Positions 40,613 through 52,990 of a DNA stretch of 64,000 nucleotides are shown here, piece by piece; within the stretch, counting starts at the first letter, position 1; each line of letters starts with the position of its first letter. Below the pieces are notes generated by a model, which worked only from the letters and a program-made list of their open reading frames with translations, ran no database searches and was not told the origin of the DNA. Source of the stretch: Octopus vulgaris (Eukaryota); assembly GCA_951406725.2 (NCBI GenBank), contig OX597816.1, positions 40,548,001-40,612,000 on the forward strand, read 5' to 3'. Made by a program: the position numbers and the translations under genes.

Positions 40613-41027
40613 TGCAGGAGTGGCTGTGTGGTAAGTAGCTTGCTAACCAACTACATGGTTCCGGGTTCAGTCCCACTGCGTGGCATCTTGGGCAAGTGTC
40701 TTCTGCTATAGCCCCGGGCCGACCAATGCCTTGTGAGTGGATTTGGTAGGCGGAAACAGAAAGAGGCCTGTCGTATATATGTATATATATATATAAGTGT
40801 GTGTGTATATGTTTGTGTGTCTGTGTTTGTCCCCCTAGCATTGCTTGACAACCGATGCTGGTGTGTTTACGTCCCCGTTACTTAGCGGTTCGGCAAAAGA
40901 GACCGATAGAATAAGTACTGGGCTTACAAAGAATAAGTCCTGGGGTCGATTTGCTCGACTAAAGGCGGTGCTCCAGCATGGCCGCAGTCAAATGACTGAA
41001 ACAAGTAAAAGAGTAAAGAGTAGAGTA
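40611..41027 (+). mobile_element. SINE family A, full-length
   Basis: Near-identical to 26348-26755. Confidence 0.9.
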
Positions 41028-41315
41028 ATATATATATATACACACATATATATGAGATATATCATTGAAATTAACGTTTCCGAAAATATATGTTAGCAAA
41101 ACATTTTTGAAGCCGATCCAAAACGAGTGAAATGCAAAGTATTTAACTTCTACTTATATTTACTGATGTCTGATATTTGGATATTCTTAACTAAATACTT
41201 TTAATATTGAGTGTTTCATTGATATCTGTCTGGAATTTTAATCTATTTCTTTTTCTTCTAACTACACACACACGCACACACACACACACATACACACATA
41301 TAGATGGATTAATAG

Positions 41316-41365
<50 letters not shown>

Positions 41366-41368
41366 GTA

Positions 41369-41424
<56 letters not shown>

Positions 41425-41463
41425 TAATAATATTATTATTATCATTATCATTATTATTATTAT

Positions 41464-41567
41464 ATAGCTGCATGGAGCACTAGCACAGATTGGGCTACTT
41501 GGTGTCATCCACTGTCGAGGTATCTTTCCGTTGGATCTACTTCGGGAATTCCATAGTGTTAGTTGAG

Positions 41568-41570
<3 letters not shown>
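41464..41570 (-). mobile_element. About 100-bp element end embedded in (TAA)n (duplicate at 42081-42178)
   Basis: Two near-identical copies, each adjoining a (TAA)n/(TTA)n tract; probably the 3' end of a TAA-targeting retroelement. Confidence 0.45.
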
Positions 41571-41647
<77 letters not shown>

Positions 41648-41658
41648 AATATATTATT

Positions 41659-42083
<425 letters not shown>

Positions 42084-42177
42084 GCTGCATGGAGCACTAG
42101 CACAGATTTGGCTTCTTGGTGTCATCCACTGTCGAAGTATCTTTCCGTTGGATCTACTTCGGGAATTCCATAGTGAG

Positions 42178-42266
<89 letters not shown>

Positions 42267-42310
42267 TCTTAAGTAACGAAAAGATGGATATGGTATTAAT
42301 CTATATTTTG

Positions 42311-42415
42311 TATATAGGTCGTTTCGACCTATCCTGCTATTGATCCTTATGGGTGGGACTCCTTTCCAAATGTTGTGTCACATCAATTATGCAGTCTGGG
42401 TCTCATCAGGTATAT
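42311..42415 (-). ncRNA. Type I hammerhead with long stem II; cleavage triplet mutated
   Basis: AUAUAC-CUGAUGA-GACC..CUGC..AUUGAU...AUCAAU..GCAG..GGUC-GAAACG-AC-CUAUAU. Confidence 0.55.
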
Positions 42416-42747
42416 CTATACACAAAAGTTTGCGTCTCACTAAAGGTAAATAGTTTTCGCTGTCATGTTGTTATATGCCCGTCTGGTTAGGGAATGAAGC
42501 ATCACTACAATATTATGTTACTGTTATCTTTTTTCAATAATAGTTGCAAACACTCGTAAATGTATACAAATTATTGTTGATAACAAAAAATAAATTGTTG
42601 ATTTAAAAAGAAGCATAACAAATGAGTTATGTAAAGATGCATAACATGCTTTCTATATCTTTACATCTTGTGTGCAGATATTGATGCTCACATATGCTGA
42701 GATACGTAAATTTACAATGCAGCTATATACTCCTCCTCCTCCTCCTC

Positions 42748-42795
<48 letters not shown>

Positions 42796-42869
42796 ATAAT
42801 AATAATAATAATAATATTAATAATAATAATAATAATTATAATTATAATATTATTTACTAACCAAAATAG

Positions 42870-43410
42870 GCTCAGGCATGGCTGAGTGGTAAGAAGTTTG
42901 CTTCGAAATCACATGGTTCCGGGTCGGTCCCATTGTGTGGATTTAGTAGACAGAAACTGAAAGAAGCCCGTCGTTTATTATATATATATATAGTTAATCC
43001 AAACAAGAAAGCACAAAAAAAAAACGTGAGGACGTGGAACAAATATAGTATTATTGGACGCTCAGGAAAGAAGGAAAGAAGGAGGGTTTAACATTTCGAG
43101 CAGAGCTCTTCGTCAGAAACATAGGAGAAGGAAAGATCCAGAGAAGGGAAGATAGAGGAAAAAAATCGCCAACGGTACACACGCGGTCACATATATATAT
43201 ATATTTATATACTTGTGTGTGTGTCTGTGCCTTTCCCGCCTCCCATAGCTTGACAACCGATGTTGGTGTGTTTACGTCCCCGTAACCTAGCGATACAGCA
43301 AAAGAGTCCGAAGGGATATTACTAGGTTTACATGCAATAAGTCCTGGGATCGATTTGTTCGACCAATACAATTTAAGACGGTACTCCAGCATGGCCGCAG
43401 TTAAAAGAAT
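42870..43410 (+). mobile_element. Diverged SINE family A interrupted by a family H element in its internal (TA)n
   Basis: SINE 5' part 42870-42975, 3' part about 43215-43410. Confidence 0.7.
42992..43190 (-). mobile_element. Family H copy with minimal hammerhead (43086-43120, CUGACGA core)
   Basis: GUUU-CUGACGA-A-GAGC-UCU-GCUC-GAAA-UG-UU|AAAC. Confidence 0.65.
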
Positions 43411-43932
43411 AGTCATTGCTTCAAATACTAACGAGTCTGGAGGGATCCGTAGCTGTAACCGGGATTACAGATGATGTATGTGTACATGTGCATTTATATG
43501 TGAGCGGGTGTGCGAGTGTAGATATACGCATAGATGAGTGCCTGTGTGTGTTGGTAGGGCGCGGTGTGTAATCGTATGGCGCACGCGCATGTATGTGCAT
43601 ATATATGTGGATCGCACATGCAAGTGTGTCTAAATGTGTGTGTAAATGTATATATTAAGGTGGATATATATACAGCGTGCCCCTCCCCAAAATACTTTGA
43701 ATAGGTAGGTGTTTATTAAAATACATTTCATTTTCAAAACTTAATAGAATCTACATGCATTACTTTATTGTTTTGTCAACGCTTGTTTTCAAATTTGGTC
43801 CAGATTTGCCTATGTATTGTTATTATTCATTTGTATGTATGTGTCTATGTATGTATGTATGTATGTATGTATGTATGTATGTATGTATGTATGTATATAT
43901 ATATATATGTATGTATGTATGTATCTAGCTAT

Positions 43933-43963
<31 letters not shown>

Positions 43964-43965
43964 CG

Positions 43966-44036
<71 letters not shown>

Positions 44037-44039
<3 letters not shown>

Positions 44040-44910
44040 ACAATTTAATAAATAAAACATATGCATATATACATACATATATATATACATACCTACATCT
44101 ATATGTATATATACATGCATATATGAGTACAGGACACCACAGATAAACGTAGAACACAACGAGAAACGAAAACATGAAATCAAACAAGGAAACGGACTTT
44201 TTTTAACAACGGTAAAACAGAGTACAGGACAAACAATACAAGGAAAATTCCTCTTCATCAGCTGCCCCTGGTTCGACTCAATGCGTGTTCCGAAGGTAAG
44301 GGCAGCACACGATCCGGCCGAAGCAGACCTTCCTGCAAAGGGAATTAAATAAAATTCTTTTGCAGAGAGGTAAAACAAGTGACAAGAACAGGACGTAAAA
44401 GCAATACAAATGAAGAAAAACAGTACAAATAAAGAATAACAGGACAAGGAAACCAACAATAAGGGCTTTTTTAAAGCCTAGACGGTGGAAAAATTCGTTA
44501 AAACGCATGTGAAAAATCGGCTTGCGGAAGACAGAAGTTGTTGTTGACTTGCTGAAAGCAGCGGGCAGAAAGAAACATTCGTAGCACTCCGGTCAGTAGC
44601 CAGAGAGAGGAGGAGGATGAGGTGGAGAGAGAGAGAGAGAGAGGGGGAGAGAGGAAAAGAAACCTGAAAGGGTGAAAAATAAGAAGGAGAGAGACAGGTA
44701 GAGAGGAAGACAGACAAGCAGGGTGGAAAGGTCAAGTTAAGAGTTAAGAGTGCGCGTCATAATTATTCAAATAAAAACTTACTTGAAGAGAAAACAACGT
44801 GTGCGTTCAGTCATATAATAACAATTTAATAAATAAAACATATGCATATATACATACATATATGTACATACCTACATCTATATGTATATATACATGCATA
44901 TATGAGTACA
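44037..44910 (-). mobile_element. Repeat family P3: about 780-bp non-coding unit with about 90-bp terminal direct repeat, in (TA)n
   Basis: 44037-44131 repeated at 44817-44910; homologous to 39770-39913 plus 40329-40390; contains permuted HHR 44250-44311. Confidence 0.6.
44250..44311 (-). ncRNA. Candidate non-circularly permuted hammerhead (all three helices pairable; A13G and G17 in this copy)
   Basis: CGUGU-G|CUGCCCUU-A-CCUUC-GGAA-CACG-(14 nt)-AGGGGCAG-CUGAUGA-A-GAGG: stem I 8 bp, stem III 5 bp, stem II 4 bp. Confidence 0.55.
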
Positions 44911-44927
44911 TATATATATATATATAT

Positions 44928-44987
<60 letters not shown>

Positions 44988-45781
44988 AAACAAGTAAAAA
45001 ATAGAAAATGCTAACATAATTTTATAGTGAACATTTCAGTACCGGTTTCGGTCATTTTGAGACCTTTTCAACTGTAACGATTAAATAATTAAATTTAGAA
45101 AAATTAGAAGAAAAGTTTTTTTAAAACAATATTTCTATAGTAGTGTTCAGATTTAAGTGGCATTCTGCCTTTCTCTGACTCCCTTGTTTGCACTTGTGTG
45201 TTCGAGGTAGTTGTGAGTTCTTGGTAGGGTAGTAGAGGGAAGGCTGGTGAGGAAAGGGGGTGGGAGAATCTGGGAGTGCCCTGATGGTCGTATTTTGAAT
45301 GGTCAGTGGCGGCTGGCAGTCTCAGTTCAATTCAGGAGAATATTTATATCGACAGGCTTGTTTATAGAATTAGCGTAGGTGTTATACTAAAAAACATTAG
45401 TGACAAACTTAAGGGGTAGGGGGTGGAGAAGAAGAAGAAGAAGAAGAAGAAGAAGAAGGAGAAGGAGAAGGAGAAGATGATGGTGATGGTGGTGATGATT
45501 ATGACGACGATGATGATGATAACGATGATGATGATGAAGAAGAAGAAGAAGAAGAAGGAGGAGAAGGAGAAGATAGTGGTGATGATGGTGGCGATGATGA
45601 TGACGCCGATGATGATGATAACGATGATGATGAAGAAGAAGAAGAAGAAAAAAACAGAGAAGGGAGAATATGAATGGGTGTAAATATAGCTATGAAGGGG
45701 CTGATTAGTAATGGATTCTATGGAGTGTAGTATTTGTGTGTGTATATATATTTTTTTCTTTTATTCTAAAGTTGAGGTATA

Positions 45782-46014
45782 TTAATTGTTTGTCGTAGAC
45801 CCGTTAAGAAGTGGCTTGTATTTTGTAATAAAGAGATTTTCTTTACTTATTCTTTGTCTCGAGGTTGTATCGTCCCTAAATTGGTAGAGGGGGAAAATTC
45901 TGAAGTTTGGTGTTTTTTTGTTGGCGCAAGTATCTATGTGTTGGCTAAAAGCTATTTTTCTGTTTTGGGGAATTTTTATCTGGGATCTGTGCAGGGCCAT
46001 TCGTTTACGCAAAC
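45782..46014 (-). pseudogene. C-terminal part of a Penelope-like GIY-YIG endonuclease
   Basis: LRKRMALHRSQI...FSQHIDTCA...PNFRIFPLY...RISKENLFITKYKPLLN: R..H, H..C, E..FI and P.LN motifs typical of PLE endonucleases. Confidence 0.75.
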
Positions 46015-46573
46015 ATCATCGGCGTCATCATCATCGCCACCATCATCACCACCATCTTCTCCTTCTCCTCCTTCTTCTTCTTCTTCTTCTTCTTCATCAT
46101 CATCGTTATCATCATCATCGTCGTCATAATCATCACCACCATCACCATCATCTTCTCCTTCTCCTTCTCTTCTTCTTCTTCTTCTTCTTCTTCTTCTTCT
46201 TCTTCTTCTTCTTCTTCTTCTTCTTCTCCACCCCTACCCCTTAAGTTTGTCACTAATGTTTTTTAGTATAACACCTACGCTAATTCTATAAACAAGCCTG
46301 TCGATATAAATATTCTCCTGAATTGAACTGAGACTGCCAGCCGCCACTGACCATTCAAAATACGACCATCAGGGCACTCCCAGATTCTCCCACCCCCTTT
46401 CCTCACCAGCCTTCCCTCTACTACCCTACCAAGAACTCACAACTACCTCGAACACACAAGTGCAAACAAGGGAGTCAGAGAAAGGCAGAATGCCACTTAA
46501 ATCTGAACACTACTATAGAAATATTGTTTTAAAAAAACTTTTCTTCTAATTTTTCTAAATTTAATTATTTAAT

Positions 46574-46621
46574 CGTTACAGTTGAAAAGGTCTCAAAATG
46601 ACCGAAACCGGTACTGAAATG
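46574..46621 (+). ncRNA. Minimal type I hammerhead, U3-A8 core variant (mirror copy about 45032-45079, minus)
   Basis: CGUUACAG-UUGAAAA-GGUC-UCAAAAU-GACC-GAAA-CCGG-UA|CUGAAAUG. Confidence 0.65.
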
Positions 46622-46703
46622 TTCACTATAAAATTATTTTAGCATTTTCTATTTTTTACTTGTTTTTTCATATATATCAACTCGTGTGTTCCTTTTCACC
46701 CTT

Positions 46704-46778
<75 letters not shown>

Positions 46779-46866
46779 TATATAATGTGTGTATGCGCGT
46801 CTGAATTTGCATTAATATGTGTATGTATATACATATGTATAGATATATATATCTATATATCTATGT

Positions 46867-46914
<48 letters not shown>

Positions 46915-47609
46915 AATACATATATCTAAGTAAATACTTTCGTTTCTGTGAATTACCTAGATATATGTTTTTAACTTACCCCTTTTCATGTACTTGATAA
47001 TATTTTGTGTATGCATTCTTGTAAGCTTTCATATATTTGTTCTTCTCTAAAGAAGATACAGCTGAAAGTATGTATATAATACATACTTATGTTTGTGCGT
47101 GTGCCAATACATGCTTATGTTTGTGTGTGTGTGAGTGTGTGTATTAACATATATGTGAATATGCGCCTGCGTGTGTGTTCGTGTGTGTGTGTATATATAT
47201 ATACGCACATCCATACTCACATATATGTAAATAAATATAAAGCTATAATGTACATCTGCATTTAGTTATTTATTGCTATATATTTTACTTATATGTTCTC
47301 GTGCGCATGTATTCGTACAAAAAATACGCAGGCATTTTAGGTTCTCGTTATATTTTATTTGCTCACAGTTTAAAATTCTTTTTGAACGCAGTGGCTGTTT
47401 AAAAGTTACGCACTTTTCACGTGACACCCTGATTAAATTTTTCAACGAACGTTCAAGAAAGAATGGCAACTCTCTCTATGTAAAGAAAATAACCTAGCTT
47501 TGAAGACACCTTGTTAAGTGGTATGCATAAAACACTCGGTCCACGTTTCACTTTTGTAAATTTTCCCGCATAAAAATTAAACACACACCCTCGTACACAC
47601 ACATACATT

Positions 47610-47655
<46 letters not shown>

Positions 47656-47743
47656 TGTATGTATATATATATATATACATATATACACACACATATATAT
47701 ACATATATATATATATATGTATATATATATGTATATATATATG

Positions 47744-47823
<80 letters not shown>

Positions 47824-47877
47824 TATATATATATAATAGAAATATTAAAATTACTAAGTCTCTCTAAAGGAGAATAC

Positions 47878-48194
47878 GGCAGCGTTACAGGATATTAATA
47901 GTTATTGCCATACTAATATGTCAGTCTATAAATATAAGACTAAAGATGTCGCTGATTAGCTCCAAGAGGCCATCGCCTCTAGCTAGCTATATGACACACG
48001 AACCTGCGTCCATTACAACCTTCGAACAGGGGAGGTCAGCCGCTTCACCTTGCTAGTCAGACATCCGCAGAAATGTTTCAGGGTTGTTGCCCTTTATCAA
48101 TGCAGCGTAGTCAGAACCAGCAGGTGTCGCTACTGACATATTTATAGACTGACTATTAGTATGGCGATAACTATTAATATCCAGTAACGCTGCC
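47878..48194 (-). mobile_element. Small element with about 58-bp terminal inverted repeats and an internal hammerhead (48065-48105, U3-A8 core)
   Basis: ggcagcgttacaggatattaatagttatt.. / ..ataactattaatatccagtaacgctgcc; CUGCA-UUGAUAA-AGGG-CAACAA-CCCU-GAAA-CAUU-UC|UGCGG on the minus strand. Confidence 0.55.
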
Positions 48195-48219
48195 TTGTTT
48201 CACATTTATGTTTTTACTC

Positions 48220-48256
<37 letters not shown>

Positions 48257-48269
48257 CATATATATATAT

Positions 48270-48437
48270 GTCTTCCCTTCTCTGGATCTTTCCTTTTCCT
48301 ATGTTTCCGACGAAGAGCTCCGCTCGAAACGTTAAACCCTCCTTCTTCCCTTCTTTCATGAGCGTCCAATAATACTATATTTGTTCCACGTCCTCGCGTT
48401 GTTGTGTTTTTTGGTACTTTCATGTTTGGATTAACTT
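48270..48437 (+). mobile_element. Family H copy with minimal hammerhead (48303-48337)
   Basis: GUUU-CCGACGA-A-GAGC-UCC-GCUC-GAAA-CG-UU|AAAC; TA tracts on both sides. Confidence 0.65.
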
Positions 48438-48468
48438 TATATATATAATTAAATATGTATAATCATGC

Positions 48469-48499
<31 letters not shown>

Positions 48500-48923
48500 T
48501 GTATGAAAGAGACTTTGGAGTGATACATTATCAGGGTGGCACCGTTTTAGCTCTCAGTTAAGTTCCAGTTAACAGCTAACCAATAAGATCAGTATTTAAC
48601 GTCTGTGACGACTATTTGTTGCTTTCCAATGGGTAATTCGGTGTACCCTGCGCTGCTTAGTAAAATTGTCGTGGAAGGACCCTAATGAAGATACACCGAC
48701 AATAGTCTTAGGGTTAGGGTTAGGTAATCGCGGAACAATAAACATGTGTATGTCCCTATAATATACTGTATATAGCTATAAAATAAATTCTGTGAATGTG
48801 CAAGGTCTATACTCTATTATTAATAATGATATGTATGCATATATATATATATATATTTGTATGTATATGACTGTATTGTTAGTACGCCGGTCAAAATGCT
48901 TAACGGTATGTTATACGACTAGA

Positions 48924-49164
48924 AGGCGGCGAGCTGGCAGAAACGTTAGCACGCCGGGCGAAATGCGTAGCCGTATTTCGTCTGTCGTTACGTTGTGAGT
49001 TCAAATTCCGCCGAGGTCGACTTTGCCTTTCATTCCTTTCGGGGTCGATAAATTAAGTACCAGTTACGCACTGGGGTCGATGTAATCGACTTAATCCGTT
49101 TGTCTGTCCTTGTTTTGTCCCCTCTGTGTTTAGCCCCTTGTGGGTAGTAAAAGAAATAGGTATT
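48924..49164 (+). mobile_element. Young SINE B nested in an older SINE B
   Basis: TSD ttatacgact at 48911-48920 and 49165-49174; the flanks (about 48880-48910 and 49175-49320) join into a diverged SINE B. Confidence 0.8.
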
Positions 49165-49370
49165 TTATACGACTTTATCTTCTTCGTTTAAATTCCGACG
49201 AGGTCGACTTTGACTTTCTTCCATTTGGGATCAGTTGAATAGATACCAATGGAGCGCTGGAGTCAATATAATCGACTTACACCTTCCCCAACATTTCTGG
49301 TGTCATACACATAATTGAAACCAACATATCTACATGTATATACGTACACACACACACACACACGCACACA

Positions 49371-49417
<47 letters not shown>

Positions 49418-50108
49418 GCATGTACACACGTATCTATTTATCTAAAATTATAGAACAGAATTCATTCACGATGTTTTGATTGCATAAACATGTGCATACT
49501 CTTAATATGCACGTATAGTAAATGGATCGTAACACAAATATACTTCTCTTCCTGTCTCTACAGATATACATGTATATACACCCATTTAGTCTTATATAAT
49601 GCAATTGCATGTTATTCTTTGAGCACATGTATTAAAGTTATGGGAACGTATATTTCCTTTCCTTGTACAAATAGCAAAATAATGGAAATAAGTAAAATAC
49701 TTTTTTTTTTAAAGCTCTGCAACTTGGAATGATAAAAAAAAACACGCACAAAAAAATATTGAAAGCATACAAATATATCTTGCGTAGATCTAAGAAATAA
49801 ACTGAATTACTTTCACACATCTGTTGAATTTCTGAATGATAAAAACCTATATTAAATTCAAGATTGTGACACGATGGGTTCCATAACCATCAATCAATTT
49901 ATCACAAACGTGCGCACACTATACGCTTGAGACTTCGTATACGTACACATATATACACTCATACACACGCGCACAACTTACACCCACTCACACAAACGCA
50001 GTGCTTGTTCGGTTTTGAGAATATGCCTTTCTAAATAATAATGGCCTGCGGATTGGAGACACACGTTTGTGTGTGTGTTTGTGTGTGTGCGCGCACACAC
50101 GTGCATAG

Positions 50109-50153
<45 letters not shown>

Positions 50154-50305
50154 GATATATATGTATGTATATATATATATATATATATATACATGCATAA
50201 ATATATATAATATCTATATACACGTATATATATATACATGTATACGCAATGTAAATATGTATATATAAATATAGATGTATATAAGTATATTAATATATAA
50301 ATGTA

Positions 50306-50419
<114 letters not shown>

Positions 50420-50784
50420 TACATGTGCACTGAGATGGATATGGTGCACAGGATTGTATATGCTTATATTGTAATCCATATACATTTGGGCGCCTGTTTT
50501 GCAGGAATGTTACATAAGTGCATATCTTTGTAAAGAGAAAGTGATAGTCTTTGTGAGATTTTTATGCGTTTTTTAAAGATCGGAATAGCTCTGATGCAAG
50601 AATACTGAGATGTTCAATATTCACAATCTAACTGACGATTGTCAGAATAGTTTTGGAATAGTTTTAATTCAATATGATAAATACGTGTGATTGTATGTAT
50701 TCCGGGTGTTAAATAGACCTAGGTAAATTTGTTGCTTTCAGTATTCTAAGTATGTCCTGTGAGTGTATATATATATATATGCAT

Positions 50785-51165
50785 GGAGGCGCAATGGCCC
50801 AGTGGTTAGGGCAGCGGACTCGCGGTCGTAGGATCGGGGTTTCGATTCCCAGACCGGGCGTTGTGAGTGTTTATTGAGCGAAAACACCTAAAAGCTCCAA
50901 GAGGCTCCGGCAGGGATGGTGGTGATCCCTGCTGTACTCTTTCACCACAACTTTCTCTCACTCTTACTTCCTGTTTCTGTTGTACCTGTATTTCAAAGGG
51001 CCGGCCTTGTCACTCTCTGTGTCACGCTGAATATCCCCGAGAACTACGTTAAGGGTACACGTGTCTGTGGAGTGCTCAGCCACTTACACGTTAATTTCAC
51101 GAGCAGACTGTTCCGTTGATCGGATCAACCGGAACCCTCGTCGTCGTAACCGACGGAGAGCTTCC
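50785..51165 (+). mobile_element. SINE family C, full-length
   Basis: A-box tggcccagtgg, B-box gtttcgattccc; TSD-like atatatatgcat on both flanks. Confidence 0.85.
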
Positions 51166-51696
51166 ATCATATATATGCATATGTATATTGTGTATCACAC
51201 TTTACTTGTTTTAGTCATTAGACATTTTGGGGCATTCCTTATCAATTTTAGTAACAACGAATCGTCATTCATTACTTATTTACTAAAGCCTGCTACTTTC
51301 TGTGTCGAATCTCCTTTGCAGCACCGCTAAGTTATAGAGACGTAAATAAAGCAACACTAGTTGTCAAGGGGTGTAGAGGAGAAACACAAAGACAGAAACA
51401 TGCTTATACATTCATACATACACACATACATACATACATATATATATGTACACATGTATATATATGTATATATGAATATACGTATACATATATATATATA
51501 TGTACACATGTATATATATGTATATATGAATATACGTATACATATATATATATATATATATAGTGCTTCCTGAAGATTTCTCTTGAATGAAACAGTTCTA
51601 GTCCTGTAGAAGCTCCTTCTATATAATAAATTAATTTTACTCTGCTATGTATTGAGTACCTTATTTACTGTGGTTAACCCCGAATCAACCGGGACC

Positions 51697-51737
<41 letters not shown>

Positions 51738-51874
51738 ATATGTATATATCTATATCTATACCTCTCTCTCTCTCTCTATATATATATATATGTATGTATA
51801 TATGTATATATATATATGTATGTATATATATGTATATACATATGTATATATATATATATATGTATATATATATG

Positions 51875-51968
<94 letters not shown>

Positions 51969-52534
51969 CTGAACCAGGAACCGTGTGGTTGGTAAGCAAG
52001 CTACGTACCACACAGCCACTCCTGCGCCTTAACCTAGTATATAGTACGCACTAGTGATTTTGACCTTTAAATTTTAGGAAAAAATGCAGATTATACTCGA
52101 GGATTTACGGTATATATTAGTTAATATTATTTTTCAGTAAACACAATATATGTTTTTATGTGCTGCTATTAGTTTCATATGTGTGTGTATGTATCAAGGT
52201 GTTGAGCTCTCATATTCGTATTTTAGGTATGATTAATTGTAAGTAGGTTCATTACTTTCATTCTAATTCATTCTAACCCATGGTCTCTCCTTCAGTCAAG
52301 TAAGCGAAATAGAGTTTAATGAGCGAGATACCTTTTGATAAGCCACCTGATGCGGTACATCTGCACCGAATAATGTAATATAGCCAGTTGTACAGAATAT
52401 CACTCGCGTGTAACCGATACATGGCGTGTCATAGCGTTTAATAAAGAATCTCGTGAATTCCATTTTCTCTTTCTGTTATGTTAGTTATTTGTATATATGT
52501 GTGTATGTATGTATGTGTGCATGTATGTCTGCAT

Positions 52535-52702
52535 GGCGCAGGAGTAGCGGTGTAGTAAGTAGCTTGCTTAACAACCATATGGTTCTGAGTTCAGTCCCAC
52601 TGCGTGTCACCTTGGGCAAGTGACTTTCTACTATAGCCTCGGGCCCACCAAAGCCTTGTGAGTGGATTTGTTAGACGAAAACCGAAAGAAGCGAGTCATA
52701 TA

Positions 52703-52788
<86 letters not shown>

Positions 52789-52990
52789 CGTCTGTGTTTG
52801 TCCCCACCTCCAACATCGCTTGACACCGGATGCTGGTGTGTTTACGTCCCCGTAACTTAGCAGTACGGCAAAAGAGACCGATAGAGTAAGTACTAGGCTT
52901 ACAAAGAATAAGTCCTGGAGTTGATTTGCTCGACTAAAGGCGGTGCCCCAGCATGGCCGCAGTTAAATGACTGAAACAAGTAAAAGAATG
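52535..52990 (+). mobile_element. SINE family A, full-length, moderately diverged
   Basis: Collinear with 26348-26755. Confidence 0.85.

Larger units (their letters stand above)
44975..46677 (-). mobile_element. 5'-truncated Penelope-like retroelement with inverted pseudo-LTR
   Basis: About 44975-45620 is the reverse complement of about 46015-46677; the spacer encodes a GIY-YIG C-terminus; hammerheads in both arms; left end in (TA)n. Confidence 0.85.

Noticed and set aside
44240-44345. HDV-like ribozyme reading of the hairpin followed by CUGAUG
   Set aside because: No P1/P3/P1.1 arrangement could be paired; the permuted hammerhead explains the sequence better.
48708-48724. (TTAGGG) about three copies
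   Set aside because: Too short to indicate a telomere or healing event; probably part of a dispersed repeat.
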